Below are positions 14,351 through 25,711 of a DNA stretch of 64,000 nt, in pieces. This DNA comes from Eledone cirrhosa (Eukaryota). The stretch lies in the NCBI GenBank assembly GCA_964016885.1, contig OZ024740.1, positions 121,892,001 to 121,956,000 of the forward strand. The letters are read 5' to 3'. The translations under genes and the position numbers were made by a program. The notes beneath the pieces are model-generated. The model worked only from the letters and a program-made list of their open reading frames with translations. It was not told where the DNA came from and made no database searches. The number at the start of each line of letters is the position of its first letter. The first letter of the stretch is position 1.

Positions 14351-15751
14351 ACGCACACGCACACACACACACACACACACACACTTAGTCATTATCCCCA
14401 CAATATAGTAAGAATTCGTTACAGACCTATTGGATTCTTTAAATGTTGCTCTCACACTCAACGCACCTCTGATATTTTAAAGTTCCAGAGAACATATTTA
14501 GGTCCATGTGTAACTCATCTCCATCAAAAGAAACATCAAATGAAACAGATACAGTAGCGGTTATATTGACCTTGATAAAATAACGTAAATATATACATAA
14601 GGACGCAATCTATTTCTGAAGATAGGTATCCCATAGCCAACTATAAACCTTGCGTAATTCTCAGGGAGATTGAGATTGTCAAAGTGTCTGAGAAGGCTGA
14701 CATGTTCGACTAAAGTGCAGTTAATTAGTCGGGCACCCAAACAGTTTCTACGCACTCAGGCACACATATACACACGCGCACGAACACATAAATTTACATG
14801 CACATAAGAGGTAAATATTCAAGTTGTCAAAAACATTTTACATGTAAGTGTGTGTAAGTGTGTATACATATCTGCATGACAAGAAAATCGCTCGGTAGAA
14901 GTGCAGATTATCAGTTATATGTACAGGCTATCAAGTATGTTAGAAGAAAGAACAGTATATAGTCATATGTATATAACATTATATATGAATATATGTGTAT
15001 ATTCATATTTGTGTTCGTACTGGTGAGCACGTGCACGTTTGTAAGAATGTTACATATACACGTTGAAAATGTATAGAAAATCAAGAGTAAAACGAATTGA
15101 AATCTAAAATGAAAGAAATAAAGAGAGATTGAGTAGAAACTAGTCTTAAGAAAAATTTAAAATAAATATTAATAAAACATTCAACCGAAAATTAAGGAAG
15201 GATGATTAAGTTAAAAAACGAAATCATTTCTTTCCTGAAAAATAAAAAAAGGGAAAAATAATTATTAATATTTTACTTCACGGAATTATATTTTTCAAGA
15301 ATTTATTGCTTTTTCTGTTATAATTTATTCAATTGGCGTTTATGTTTTTATTTTATTCATTTTTATTTCATTTTTCGTTATTTTTGACAAACTTTTTTTG
15401 CTCATATTGCTTCAGTAATTCCCAACTTTTTACCTTCACCTGATATGTTGCATCTAAGATACGGAATGAATAACTTTGCCATGGCTAAGTTTGTAATATA
15501 ATATAATATAATAAAAAGAATATCATCAGCGAAGAATAACTACACCTCCCTTTATTTTTTTGCTAGCTGTTTCCACGTGTTATCCAATGGACATTTCTCA
15601 TGCATAATCATATACGAAATATGGGAGTATAGGTAAAAAAAGAAAAGAAAAGAAAAGATCAAAGAAGTATCATGCAGGAAGAGACAAATGATAAATCGAT
15701 GTAGAAGCCAAAAATATAAAATAATAATAATAATAAAAATAATAATAATAA

Positions 15752-15936
15752 TTGTTTCTACAATTGGCACAAGGCCAGAAATTATCCAATACAATACTGG
15801 TACTTTATTTTATCGACCCCGTAAGGATGAAAGGCAAAGTTAACCTCGGCGGGATTTGAACTCAGAATGGCAAGGGCCGTAAACATGAGCGTCAAATCAT
15901 GGCGTCCGACTCTCTACCGATACTGCCAATTCACCG
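15752..15936 (-). mobile_element. SINE copy lying in the (ATT)n tail of a Tx1-type LINE
   Basis: Near full SINE. (AAT)n lies on both sides (15720-15751 and 15937-15949) and the LINE 3' end follows at 15950. Confidence 0.9.
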
Positions 15937-15949
15937 TAATAATAATAAT

Positions 15950-17832
15950 GATTTCATTTATTAGTCACAAGGGTCGACATGTAGGGGACAATACAAATAC
16001 AGGGACAGTGGGGTTTACAATAGGGTCGAGTAAAAGTGCACAATGGCAAGACTTATTTAGCAATGAAGATATAAAAATATAAAATAAACTATGCATAAAT
16101 AAATCAAAATAAATTCCCTGAAGGGGGTGGACGACCCTGAGCTGACTCAGGTACACAACCAATCCTGAGCCACCCTGCGCTTCTAGTGCACCCAGGGAGA
16201 GCACCCCTCTCCTCAAGTTAGCTAGCCTATAGGCACATGGTCAGAGTAGGCCCATTCACATGGACCATTCTCGCCACATTCATCCACCTTTCAGCAAATT
16301 TACTAGGGAGCAGCATTTCTCTCTCCGCCCACACCTTCCTTTCCAGATAAAACTTGTAGAAGTTAATGAGGGATTGGCCGAAGAGAAAAGTGTCTGTCTT
16401 CAGTCCTTTTAATCTGGTCCACCATATAAGGGCTTTCGCTACGGCCACCAGACAGAGGAAAATTGCATGCTCTTCCTGACCTAAGGGAGGCGGCGGGTCG
16501 ATCTTCACTATGGACTCGGCCGATAGCCGGATTCGTTCCACACGCGACAGTATCTGTGAGACATAACTCCACAAGTCAGTAATGCACGGACATTTGACAA
16601 ATGGGTGCAGAACGATTTTGTCGTTCTGTGCGCATCTTGGGCAGGTCCATCTGATAGCACCTCCGTGCCTGTAGAGTTTATGCCGAACCGGCAGTGCCCC
16701 CCCCCCCGGTAGCACTGCCAAGCGAGGGATTTCTGGAAATTGTCCCTCGTCCCCGACTCGAAAGTCCTCCGGTACAGACTGGTCAGTTCGACTTCGTCGA
16801 GGCCCGAAGATTCTCCGAGTGCGTCATCGCTCTTGCCCACCACTAATCCTCTATATAACTCGAGGGTTGAAGTTCTACTGGTCACATTGCCCACTTGGTA
16901 GAGGGCAGTGAGTGCCTGGCAACTTTCCAGGTGCCAGTCACCCAGTTTCGGTCTCTTCTTAACCCAGGACTGCAGCTCAGTCAAAGAATCGAGCTGCGGA
17001 AAGTCCCGTCTGATAAACGGCGACCACACCTTTTCACCCTTTAGGTAGAATATCTGGAGATGTCGCAACCTCAACACATGTCTGCGCATCATTAGCCACG
17101 GCATGCCCAGCCCTCTGACTGGCTACTCTGCTCGTTACCTCGTCCCAATTCTTTTCCACCTGGAGGTCTGGTCCGAACCAATTCCCGACCAACTTTACCC
17201 GTCCGTCCGTCCAGCGACCCACGACGCAGTCGGACGGCATAGTCTTGCCTCTCCAGGTTCCGAGGTGCAAGCCCACCGACTATTCCAGTTTCAGTTTGGC
17301 TCCTGTCAACCTTTAATATTCCTTCAATAAGGTGCCGGCCACCTCGATTTCTGAGGTGTCCGCCACCATCACGGTGATGTCGTCCGCATAAGCCGACACC
17401 GCCCTTCCACGTCCCGGTTCGAATGGGATGCCCTGTAGCAGCTCCAGCTTCCGCAGTAAAGGCTCGAGAGTCAATACGTACAGAAGGGAAGAGAGAGGGC
17501 ACCTTTGACGGACCGATCGGGAGAGCCGACATGGTTCCGAGAGGTGGCAATTAACCTTGACCACCGAGCGTGTGCCGCTGTGCATTGCAGCGATCCAGGG
17601 CCGAAGCCAGCCGCTTTGAGGACAAACTTCAGATACCGATGAATGAACTTATCGAATGCTATCGATTGATCTATGATGTATCACATGAGTTGGAGATTGT
17701 CGTGTATGGACCTGGATGGGATTGCGCAAGTTTGCGCCTCCCCAACCAAATCCTCGACGACAAGCGCCAATCTCTTTGCTAACACCTTGGCCAAAATATT
17801 AAACTCTATGTTTAGCAGAGTTATGGGCCTGA
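15950..17832 (-). mobile_element. 5'-truncated Tx1/L1-type LINE, family A
   Basis: RT fragments (QRCPLS, SAYADD), C-terminal CPRC...H...C and intact 3' UTR. Highly similar to 36509-38319, with several internal deletions. Confidence 0.92.
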
Positions 17833-18600
17833 ATAATGAAATGTCTTCAAATCTTTGATATGAGGGAGGAAAAACTAACGATGTTCATTCACTAGAGTTA
17901 TGTTCCACATCTGAAGATTCAGCAGCCAAAACACGCCTACTGCTATCGTCTTCAGTCAGGGTCATAAATCTATCAAGTCTCTATCTCTCAATAGCTGTAA
18001 AAGACGCTGGACAGGTCTAAGCTCAGCATCAAATCTGTAGAATTTAGGTCGGACGCAATTAGTGTCAGTGAGTACACACTCAATCACACACACACTCACA
18101 CACACCGATGCGATGTCAGAGAGAAAATATATACACCAACACAGTATGCACCGAAAGTTAGGTTACAAAACAACAAATGTTATATTGGTCAAATCTCAAT
18201 TTTAACGATGTAAATTAGAAACATTGGGTCAAGCACAGTAAGTAAATTCCGTTCAACGCAAGTAAATTCCGTTCAACGTTCTGCTATACGTTCTGGCAGA
18301 ACTAATGGCAATTCTATGGATGAACGGATTCATACGCGTGATGACTCATACGCGTTCAACGTTTTGCTATACGTGTATCGATTGAATTATAACATCCGTA
18401 TCGTCAAAATTGTCTATGTTTTGGTATATAAACATCCATGTTTAGAGCAAGTTGTCAGATGTACACTAATACTAGTAAATATATGAGCTATGTCAAAGTA
18501 CCTAGGTGGGTCAATGCAGGGGGATGCAGAACAATTATATGAAAGACGTAAAATAAGAAAATGTTTAAAATAAAAAATTAACTTACTTACTAAAATTTTC

Positions 18601-18682
18601 ACTCCAACTAATTAGTTTCTGTAATGGGATAAATATAGTTACACAATGTAACTATCGAAAATTCATTACGTCATCAGGGAGT
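18601..18682 (-). ncRNA. Type I hammerhead ribozyme with extended stem II
   Basis: Minus strand reads ACTCC-CTGATGA-[51-nt stem II]-GAAA-CTAATTAG-TT-GGAGT. Perfect 5-bp stem I, palindromic stem III, GUU cleavage triplet. Confidence 0.85.
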
Positions 18683-19135
18683 CTATTCTCAGCTAAATTC
18701 CCAGGCAATGCGCGGACACTAGGAACCCATATAAAAATAATAATTCAGTGGATGTAATAAGCTAGCGGGGACTAAATTCCATAGCACTGAAAAAGTTCAC
18801 TGCCTCTGGTCAGTGGTGTATTCTAAAGAATCAATCACGTGACACTGAGGTTAGTCAGTTAGGAGTGGGGTGGTATTATGACAAGAGCCTACTACTACTA
18901 CTATGAATTAGCAGTAGATTTGGCAAGTTTGCTCAACAAATAATTTGGAGATAAATATAGAGAATTAATACATCTACCAACATATGCGTACAGATGTATA
19001 CTAATACTAGTAAATATATAAGTTATGTCAAAGTACCCAGGTGGTTCAATGCAGGAGGATGCAGAACAATTATATGAAAGACGTAAAACAAGAAAATTTT
19101 AAAAATTAAAAATTAAATTACTTACTAAAATGTTC

Positions 19136-19217
19136 ACTCCAACTAATTAGTTTCTGTAATGGGATAAATATAGTTACACAATGTAACTATCGAGAATTCA
19201 TTACGTCATCAGGGAGT
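19136..19217 (-). ncRNA. Type I hammerhead ribozyme, second copy
   Basis: Same fold exactly 535 nt from the first; core intact. Confidence 0.85.
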
Positions 19218-19779
19218 CTATTCTCAGCTAAGTTCCCAGGCAATGCGCGGACACTAGGAACACATATAAAAATAATAATTCAGTGGATGTAATAAGCTAG
19301 CGGGGACTAAATTCCATAGCACTGAAAAAGTTCACTAGTAAGTAAGTTAATTTTTAATTTTTAAAATTTTCTTATTTTACGTCTTTCATATAATTGTTCT
19401 GCATCCCCCTGCATTGAACCACCTAGGTACTTTGACATAACTTATATATTTACTAGTATTAGTGTACATCTCTACGCATATGTTGGTAGATGTATTAATT
19501 CTCTATATTTATCTCCAAATTATTTGTTGAGCAAACTTGCCAAATCTACTGCTATTTCAAGTAGTAGTAGTAGGCTCTTGTCATAATACCACACCACTCC
19601 TAACTGACTAACCTCAGTGTCACGTGATTGATTCTTTAGAATCCACCACTGACCAGAGGCAGTGAACTTTTTCAGTGTTATGGAATTTAGTCCCCGCTAG
19701 CTTATTACATCCACTGAATTATTATTTTTATATGGGTTCCTAGTGTCCGCGCATTGCCTGGGAACTTAGGTGAGAATAG

Positions 19780-19861
19780 ACTCCCTGATGACGTAATGAA
19801 TTCTCGATAGTTACATTGTGTAGCTACGTTTATCCCATTAAAGAAACTAATTAGTTGGAGT
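19780..19861 (+). ncRNA. Type I hammerhead ribozyme, inverted copy
   Basis: ACTCC CTGATGA (19785-19791) ... GAAA (19843-19846) CTAATTAG TT GGAGT; a few stem II substitutions. Confidence 0.8.
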
Positions 19862-19911
19862 GAAAATCTTAGTAAGTTAATTTTTAATTTTTAAAATTTT
19901 CTTATTTTACT

Positions 19912-20014
<103 letters not shown>

Positions 20015-20319
20015 AGGTATGTTTATGAATAAACATTTGAAATCATCAATGAATTTTGTAAACTGGTGACGTAGCAGATTCGATCAGAAGCATGGGTGGG
20101 TTACTGCCGATGACGATCAACAGTTCTGACGCCTGTCGTTATCGCGACAGTGCTCTCTTATGCTGTTCTCTGCTGGAACTAAATATAGGCGTCAACCTCG
20201 GTTGGACACGTGTGTACCTGGGCAGATTAGCCTCAACTTCTACATAGAACTCTCGGCCGTCTCCGCCGAAAAAAAGGCAACATTATATATTTTCATTCAA
20301 CAACAATATCTTATACTGA

Positions 20320-20505
20320 TTTAGGCACAATACCAACAATGTTGAGTGAGGGGTAATTCTACCCTAGTGCAATACTGATATTTTATTTTATCGACCCCGT
20401 AAGGATGAAATGCAATGCTAAACTCGGCAAGATGTGAACATATTTCGTAAAGGGTTGTATCTCTATGCCATAAAACATGCTGTTCAACACTCCTCTGCCA
20501 TTCCA
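20320..20505 (-). mobile_element. Diverged SINE copy
   Basis: TTTTATTTTATCGACCCCGTAAGGATGAAA core plus a TTAGGCACAA tail. Confidence 0.75.
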
Positions 20506-20879
20506 CAGACAACAGTATTGATATCGGATAGTTTTCCAATTAGCCAATCATTTTCCATTACACTGGTTGACAATTCTTAAAAAAAGAGCTGCCTGACTGT
20601 AAATTGATTCAAAATCATATCTATAATACTTCGTTCATAGAGTACTGAGTTTTTGTTTTCTCATCACGGTTACATACATTTTATTATGTCTAAATAGTGA
20701 GTTTCGATTTTTATCACGAGCTCATCAGACAAGAATTCCATCTAGTTTTTGTCTATTACGCCAGTAGCGATATTCTATAGTAACAAGAGTCACCATTTAG
20801 CCTCAATAAAAAGAATATTACTCTACTTCAGCATTTCTATCAGCTGTCAACCACATACGGATATATATATATATGATAA

Positions 20880-21085
20880 TAATGGAGCTGCGGCGTTGCA
20901 AATGGGTTACATATGAAAAAGTGAGTCCTTCATCAGTGACCCTCCAACCGTCCTAGGCATTTCATCGCTGTCCCAACGACTTTTTGTAGCCGTTGTTCGC
21001 ACCAACCTGAGGTATATGGCCTTTAAAGCGATGAAATGCCTAGGACGGTTGGAGGATCACTGATGAAGGACTCACTTTTTCATAT
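20880..21085. repeat. Fold-back copy of the 22585-23300 repeat family (59-bp inverted arms)
   Basis: 20911-20969 is the reverse complement of about 21027-21085; the centre is the reverse complement of about 22680-22739; flanked by TA tracts. Confidence 0.85.
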
Positions 21086-21235
21086 ATATATATATATATA
21101 TACATACATATGGTGAAACCGCCTCGCCGCTATCTTGTTGGCGTAGGTTTTTCTTCTTTTAGATTTTTTAAGTGTTTTCACCAAATTTTATAAACTATGT
21201 TACATCTTCACACAAGCTTATTATATATATATATA

Positions 21236-22136
21236 CAGGGTGTTCGGGATAAATTTGACAGAATAATATTTGGTTGTTTTTTAAGATGTTTTAAATTCAT
21301 TCATGCCCACTAGGCTTTATTTGAAAGTTTAAACCCTCCTTCATTCATATATGTGATGACAACGAGAATGGATGACTGGGAGCCACCTGAATCATGGAAG
21401 AGTATAACTTGTATCATGATGATTCGCGCCGGCCATCAAAATAAGGAGATTATGGTCGCTGCTCAATGCTCCCTGAACACAGTAAAAACAATCCGGCATG
21501 AACTGGAGAATTGCAATGGAGACTACGAGGCTGTGGCTAGAAGAAAGAAACATAACAGAAGATCTGATTGCTCTCGCACAGCAGAATTCCTCGAAAATCT
21601 GCAGAAAAAAGTGTTGGAGGACCCTGGCATCGGAATTCGGTCTTTGTCGCATGAATTGAAGCCCTGGATAACAAGGGTAGCCAATAATAGGCCGTATGTA
21701 TGGCAGCTGGATTCGGCCCCCTGCCACACCTCGGGGAAAAGTCAAAAATGGTTGTCAGCCAAGTTTTACGACTACACCAGTCCCAATGTTTGGCCTCCGA
21801 ACTCCCCTGATCTTAACCCGATGGACTATTATGTATGGGGCGCTGTAGAGAAAGACACCAATCGCCGTGCCAGTACTACAAAAGCCCAGTTAATCGACAG
21901 AATTAAAGTAGTTTTTGAGGGCCTTCCCAGGCAAAGTGTAAAATCAGCTTGCTCTAGGTTCCGGGCCCGGCTTGAGGCTGTAATAGACGCTAATGGAGGT
22001 TATTTTGAGTAAAACTCTTTGACAATAGTGTAATTTCCTTCTCCATTGAATTTCTTTTAAACCAAATAAATTTTGTAGATACCAAGCACTTTCTCTTTTT
22101 CCTGATGAAACTGTCAAATTTATCCCGAACACCCTG
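21236..22136 (+). mobile_element. Tc1/mariner DNA transposon, DD37D (maT) family, internally deleted
   Basis: Perfect 26-bp TIRs CAGGGTGTTCGGGATAAATTTGACAG (21236-21261, 22111-22136), TA on both sides, 901 bp. Confidence 0.95.
21353..22012 (+). CDS. Internally deleted maT transposase (219 aa)
   Basis: N-terminal HTH-like region fused in frame to QLDSAPCH...WPPNSPDLNPMDYYVW. There are 37 residues between the second and third catalytic D; the first D region is missing. Confidence 0.85.
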   Translation: MMTTRMDDWEPPESWKSITCIMMIRAGHQNKEIMVAAQCSLNTVKTIRHELENCNGDYEAVARRKKHNRRSDCSRTAEFLENLQKKVLEDPGIGIRSLSHELKPWITRVANNRPYVWQLDSAPCHTSGKSQKWLSAKFYDYTSPNVWPPNSPDLNPMDYYVWGAVEKDTNRRASTTKAQLIDRIKVVFEGLPRQSVKSACSRFRARLEAVIDANGGYFE

Positions 22137-22176
<40 letters not shown>

Positions 22177-22394
22177 GTTGTGTGTGGGAGCTTAGTTCCA
22201 TGAAACAATGAAAACATGAGAAGGCCGGAGTCTACAAATACGTATTACTGCCAGCGTTTACGCCACAGAACTTAGTGTAATAGCTTATTGTAATCGGCGA
22301 CGTATAAATATATATATATATATATATATATAAATATATATATAAATATATATATATACATATATATATTTATATATGTATATATATATAGACA

Positions 22395-22578
<184 letters not shown>

Positions 22579-22584
22579 TATATA

Positions 22585-23298
22585 TAAGAATAAACGTGCT
22601 GCGTGGTTGCTAATGGGTTACATATTAATAAAGTTAGTCCTTCATCAGTGATCTTCCAACCACCATTGGTATTTCATCGCTTTGAAGACCATATACATCC
22701 GGTTGGTGCGAGCAACGGCTAAAATAAGTCATTGGGACACGTAAATAAAGGGCACACGAGAGTGTAAACAAACAAATATGGTGAAGCAACGAAAAGTGAG
22801 GAAGAAGGAGTCAAGTCCCAAATTTCCATGAATATAAGTTTGGCGAAATCGTGAACGAGAGAGAATAATGACCATCAAACCTGGTTGGAATGTGAGCAAG
22901 GAAGGAATTCCGTACAGGTCTAACGGGAGGAAGAAGGGATCTAGTCTGTGAATTCGGTGAACGTAAGTTCTGTGAAATCGTAGACGAGAGATAGAAAAAT
23001 AGCGACCTATCTGACCAAGGGTGCGAAAGAAAAGAATTACGCACAGGTCAAACGGGAAGAAGGAGAAGGAGGAGAGGTAGTAACAGAGAGTGAGTGAGTG
23101 AAGGGTGAGGAAGAGCTAACAGAGAGAGTGACTGTTAGAGAGGGTAAAGATACAGAGAAAGAGGAAGCAGTAAGAACGAAATAGACGGGTCAGAACTTTT
23201 GAAAAAATATGTGTAAATATGAGAATATACGTGCTGCGTGGTTGCTAATTGGTTACATATGAATAAAGTTAGTCCTTCATCGTTGATCTTCCAACCAT

Positions 23299-23300
<2 letters not shown>
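22585..23300. mobile_element. Non-coding element with ~78-bp terminal direct repeats (Penelope-like pseudo-LTR arrangement)
   Basis: 22585-22662 is repeated at 23222-23298; internal diverged ~128-bp duplication (22811-22937 and 22941-23070); TA tracts on both sides. Confidence 0.65.
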
Positions 23301-23350
<50 letters not shown>

Positions 23351-23561
23351 ATTTTATCATTTATTTTGTCTGACCTGTTTAGTTTGACTTGTTTTTGGGA
23401 TTAGGTGGTTAATGCCTTCTTGGCTGCCTTTTTAGTTTGTATGGCGTTTATAACATATGTTTATACATCTTGTTTTTGAAACCATGGAGCGCTTTCCAGC
23501 ATGGCTCTGAATCTGCGTTACGTTTCGCTTTTTCTAGCCGCCGAAATGCAATTATCGCTGA

Positions 23562-23618
<57 letters not shown>

Positions 23619-23901
23619 ACTCGCAGGGCGAGAAGCAGTAAACCATCACCGTGTCATATATTACCGACCTGGATGGGGGTGATTGTTTGGTTGGGGTGTG
23701 GGGGGACCTGCCTAGGCGAGTTGCGTCGAGTTTTGGGGTAGTGGATGGTCAACTTACTTCGGATTTGCGCCTGCGCAAACCGGTGGGGGTGAATTTGTAC
23801 TCACAAGGGAACGGGTGAAGGATTCATGTACACCCTTTGCGTCTGTTCCCTTGTCGATACAATTTGGATTGCCCCGGGAACGTAACCTAATTATGTAAGT
23901 A

Positions 23902-23976
23902 GCTGTCTGATAAAGTCATGGCACTGGGTACACGGAATCGTGTGGTCACTGTCGTCATTGAAATATGTATCACAGC
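23902..23976 (+). ncRNA. Type I hammerhead fold with 46-nt stem II (G8A variant)
   Basis: GCTGT-CTGATAA-[46-nt hairpin]-GAAA-T(ATGT)A-TC-ACAGC. Perfect stem I, AUC triplet; about 19 of 22 stem II positions pair. Confidence 0.75.
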
Positions 23977-25171
23977 ATTATCATTAAATAACTTTAACAT
24001 CTGAAAATACTTCGCATTTTCTTATTCTAAATATACTCCGTCACTTCTATTTGGAAAGAATGGGCTGAGTGCTTGATTTGAATTGCATGCATGTATACCG
24101 TAAGAATTTAGCTTCTAAATGTTGAGCGCATTATGGTGTAACCAAAATGGAGGAACCAGCCATCAGCTAAACCCGGAAATTCCCTCTACCATGGGGACTG
24201 ATTACACATACTGGTGGTTCCTACTACTGGACGGAGATAAAATTATAAATTAACTTTCGACCGGGTAAATAAGCGGGTCTGAAAGCAATGTAAAACCCTT
24301 TATTTTCCTGCAGCAACTTGCATTTTACAAAGAGGCCTTGAACGGAACCTCCTCACTTCATCCGATAACGAATTTTTATATGCACTTTACATGGACAAAA
24401 TTGAAAAGTATTTTCACCACTCCCATACCGATATACATATTCCTCGTATATTTGTTTGTCATATATGTTCCTCTCTCATTTTACATCTATGCACTTTTTG
24501 TTTTGATTCATGTGATAGAAGAAGATAGTAACTAATTATTTTCCTAATTACTACGTTCCATACTGTAATTCTACTGTACGCTACTATCTTCCAATATATG
24601 GATAATATATTTGTAATATTGATCCCCTTTTCAAAACATCTTACTATAATTTAAACATCTCCCTATTTATTATGTATTATATACAGTATATATATATATA
24701 TATATTTAATTTACTTCAATCAAGATCTTAACTTGTAATCTTTAATTTGTAATTTTTTAATTTTTAATTTTTAATTTTCAATCATAATTTCCACTGTGAA
24801 ACCAGTACTGTCCAAGCATACTGTAGGGGTAGTATCGAAGCCCATTGCAACTCATACTCTGCCACCACCAGGAGGTCTCGGTCATCGGCCACTAGCAGGG
24901 CGACTAGCAGTATACTATAACCGTGTCATATTACTGACCTGGATGGGGGTGTTTGTTTGGTTTGCGTGTGGGGCGACCTGTCTAGGTGAGTTTCGTAGAA
25001 TTTTGGGATAGTGGATTGTCAACTTCCTTCGGATTTGCGCCTGCGCAAACCGGTGGGGGTGAATAGAGACTCACAAGGGAACGGGTGAAGGATTCAAGAA
25101 AACCCACTTTGTCCGTTCCCTTGTCGATTCAATTTGTATTGCCTCGGGTACGTAACCTTATTATGTAAGAA

Positions 25172-25234
25172 GCTGTCTGATGATGTCACGGCACTGGGCG
25201 CAACGAATCGTGTGGCCACTGTCGTCATCGAAAT
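25172..25234 (+). ncRNA. Second hammerhead copy, 3' part deleted
   Basis: Canonical CTGATGA (25177-25183), 46-nt hairpin and GAAA (25230-25233); 17 nt carrying stem III and the 3' strand of stem I are missing. Confidence 0.65.
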
Positions 25235-25460
25235 CATTAAAGAACTTACACATCCGAAACTACTTCGCATATTCTTATTCTAAATATACTCCGTCACTCC
25301 TATGTAGAAAAAGTGCGTTGAGTGCTTGATTCAATTACGTGAATATTTACCGTATATATATATGTATATATAAATATAATAAATTTGAAGACTAAAATCC
25401 AAAGAGGGCTCGATAAGGATAAATATATATCAAATATATAAGAACCTTAGAGCAAATATT

Positions 25461-25711
25461 TATTAAAATAACAGATTAAAGTTTAAGCAAATAATCGCTG
25501 CTTTCACCCTTAACGGGATCTTCTGAAACTAAAAAAAATCAATCTGTGAACGCAGAAGTAAATATTTCGAAAAACGTTGCAACCGAAGGATGACAGGAAG
25601 ACGATACTTTGGTTCGTGGGAATGTTCGCTGGCAAAAAAACCAAAAATAAACCGAAGATAATACGCGAAAGCAGCGATTCTTTGCTTAAACTTTAATCTG
25701 TTATTTTAATA
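25461..25711. repeat. Element with 45-bp inverted arms
   Basis: 25461-25505 versus 25667-25711 reverse complement, one mismatch. Confidence 0.85.
25480..25530 (-). ncRNA. Compact type I hammerhead-like motif (U4A variant)
   Basis: Minus strand reads AGTTT-CAGAAGA-TCCC(gttaa)GGGT-GAAA-GCA(9 nt)TGC-TT-AAACT; all three stems form; CUU triplet. Confidence 0.55.

Larger units (their letters stand above)
18456..19910. repeat. 535-bp non-coding monomer array (retrozyme/Penelope-like): copy 18456-18990, partial copy 18991-19336, inverted copy 19337-19910
   Basis: Direct sequence comparison with few substitutions between copies; no ORF; ends at a (TA)n tract; each copy contains a hammerhead fold. 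Confidence 0.93.
23617..25354 (+). mobile_element. Non-coding element with ~470-bp direct repeats (23623-24102, 24895-25354) bearing hammerheads
   Basis: Repeats align along their length with scattered substitutions; period about 1270 bp; (TA)n at both ends; no convincing ORF. Confidence 0.85.

Noticed and set aside
18236-18380. Short direct repeats (AGTAAATTCCGTTCAACG twice; ATACGCGT) considered as CRISPR-like
   Set aside because: Only local tandem duplications, no spacers, eukaryotic context.
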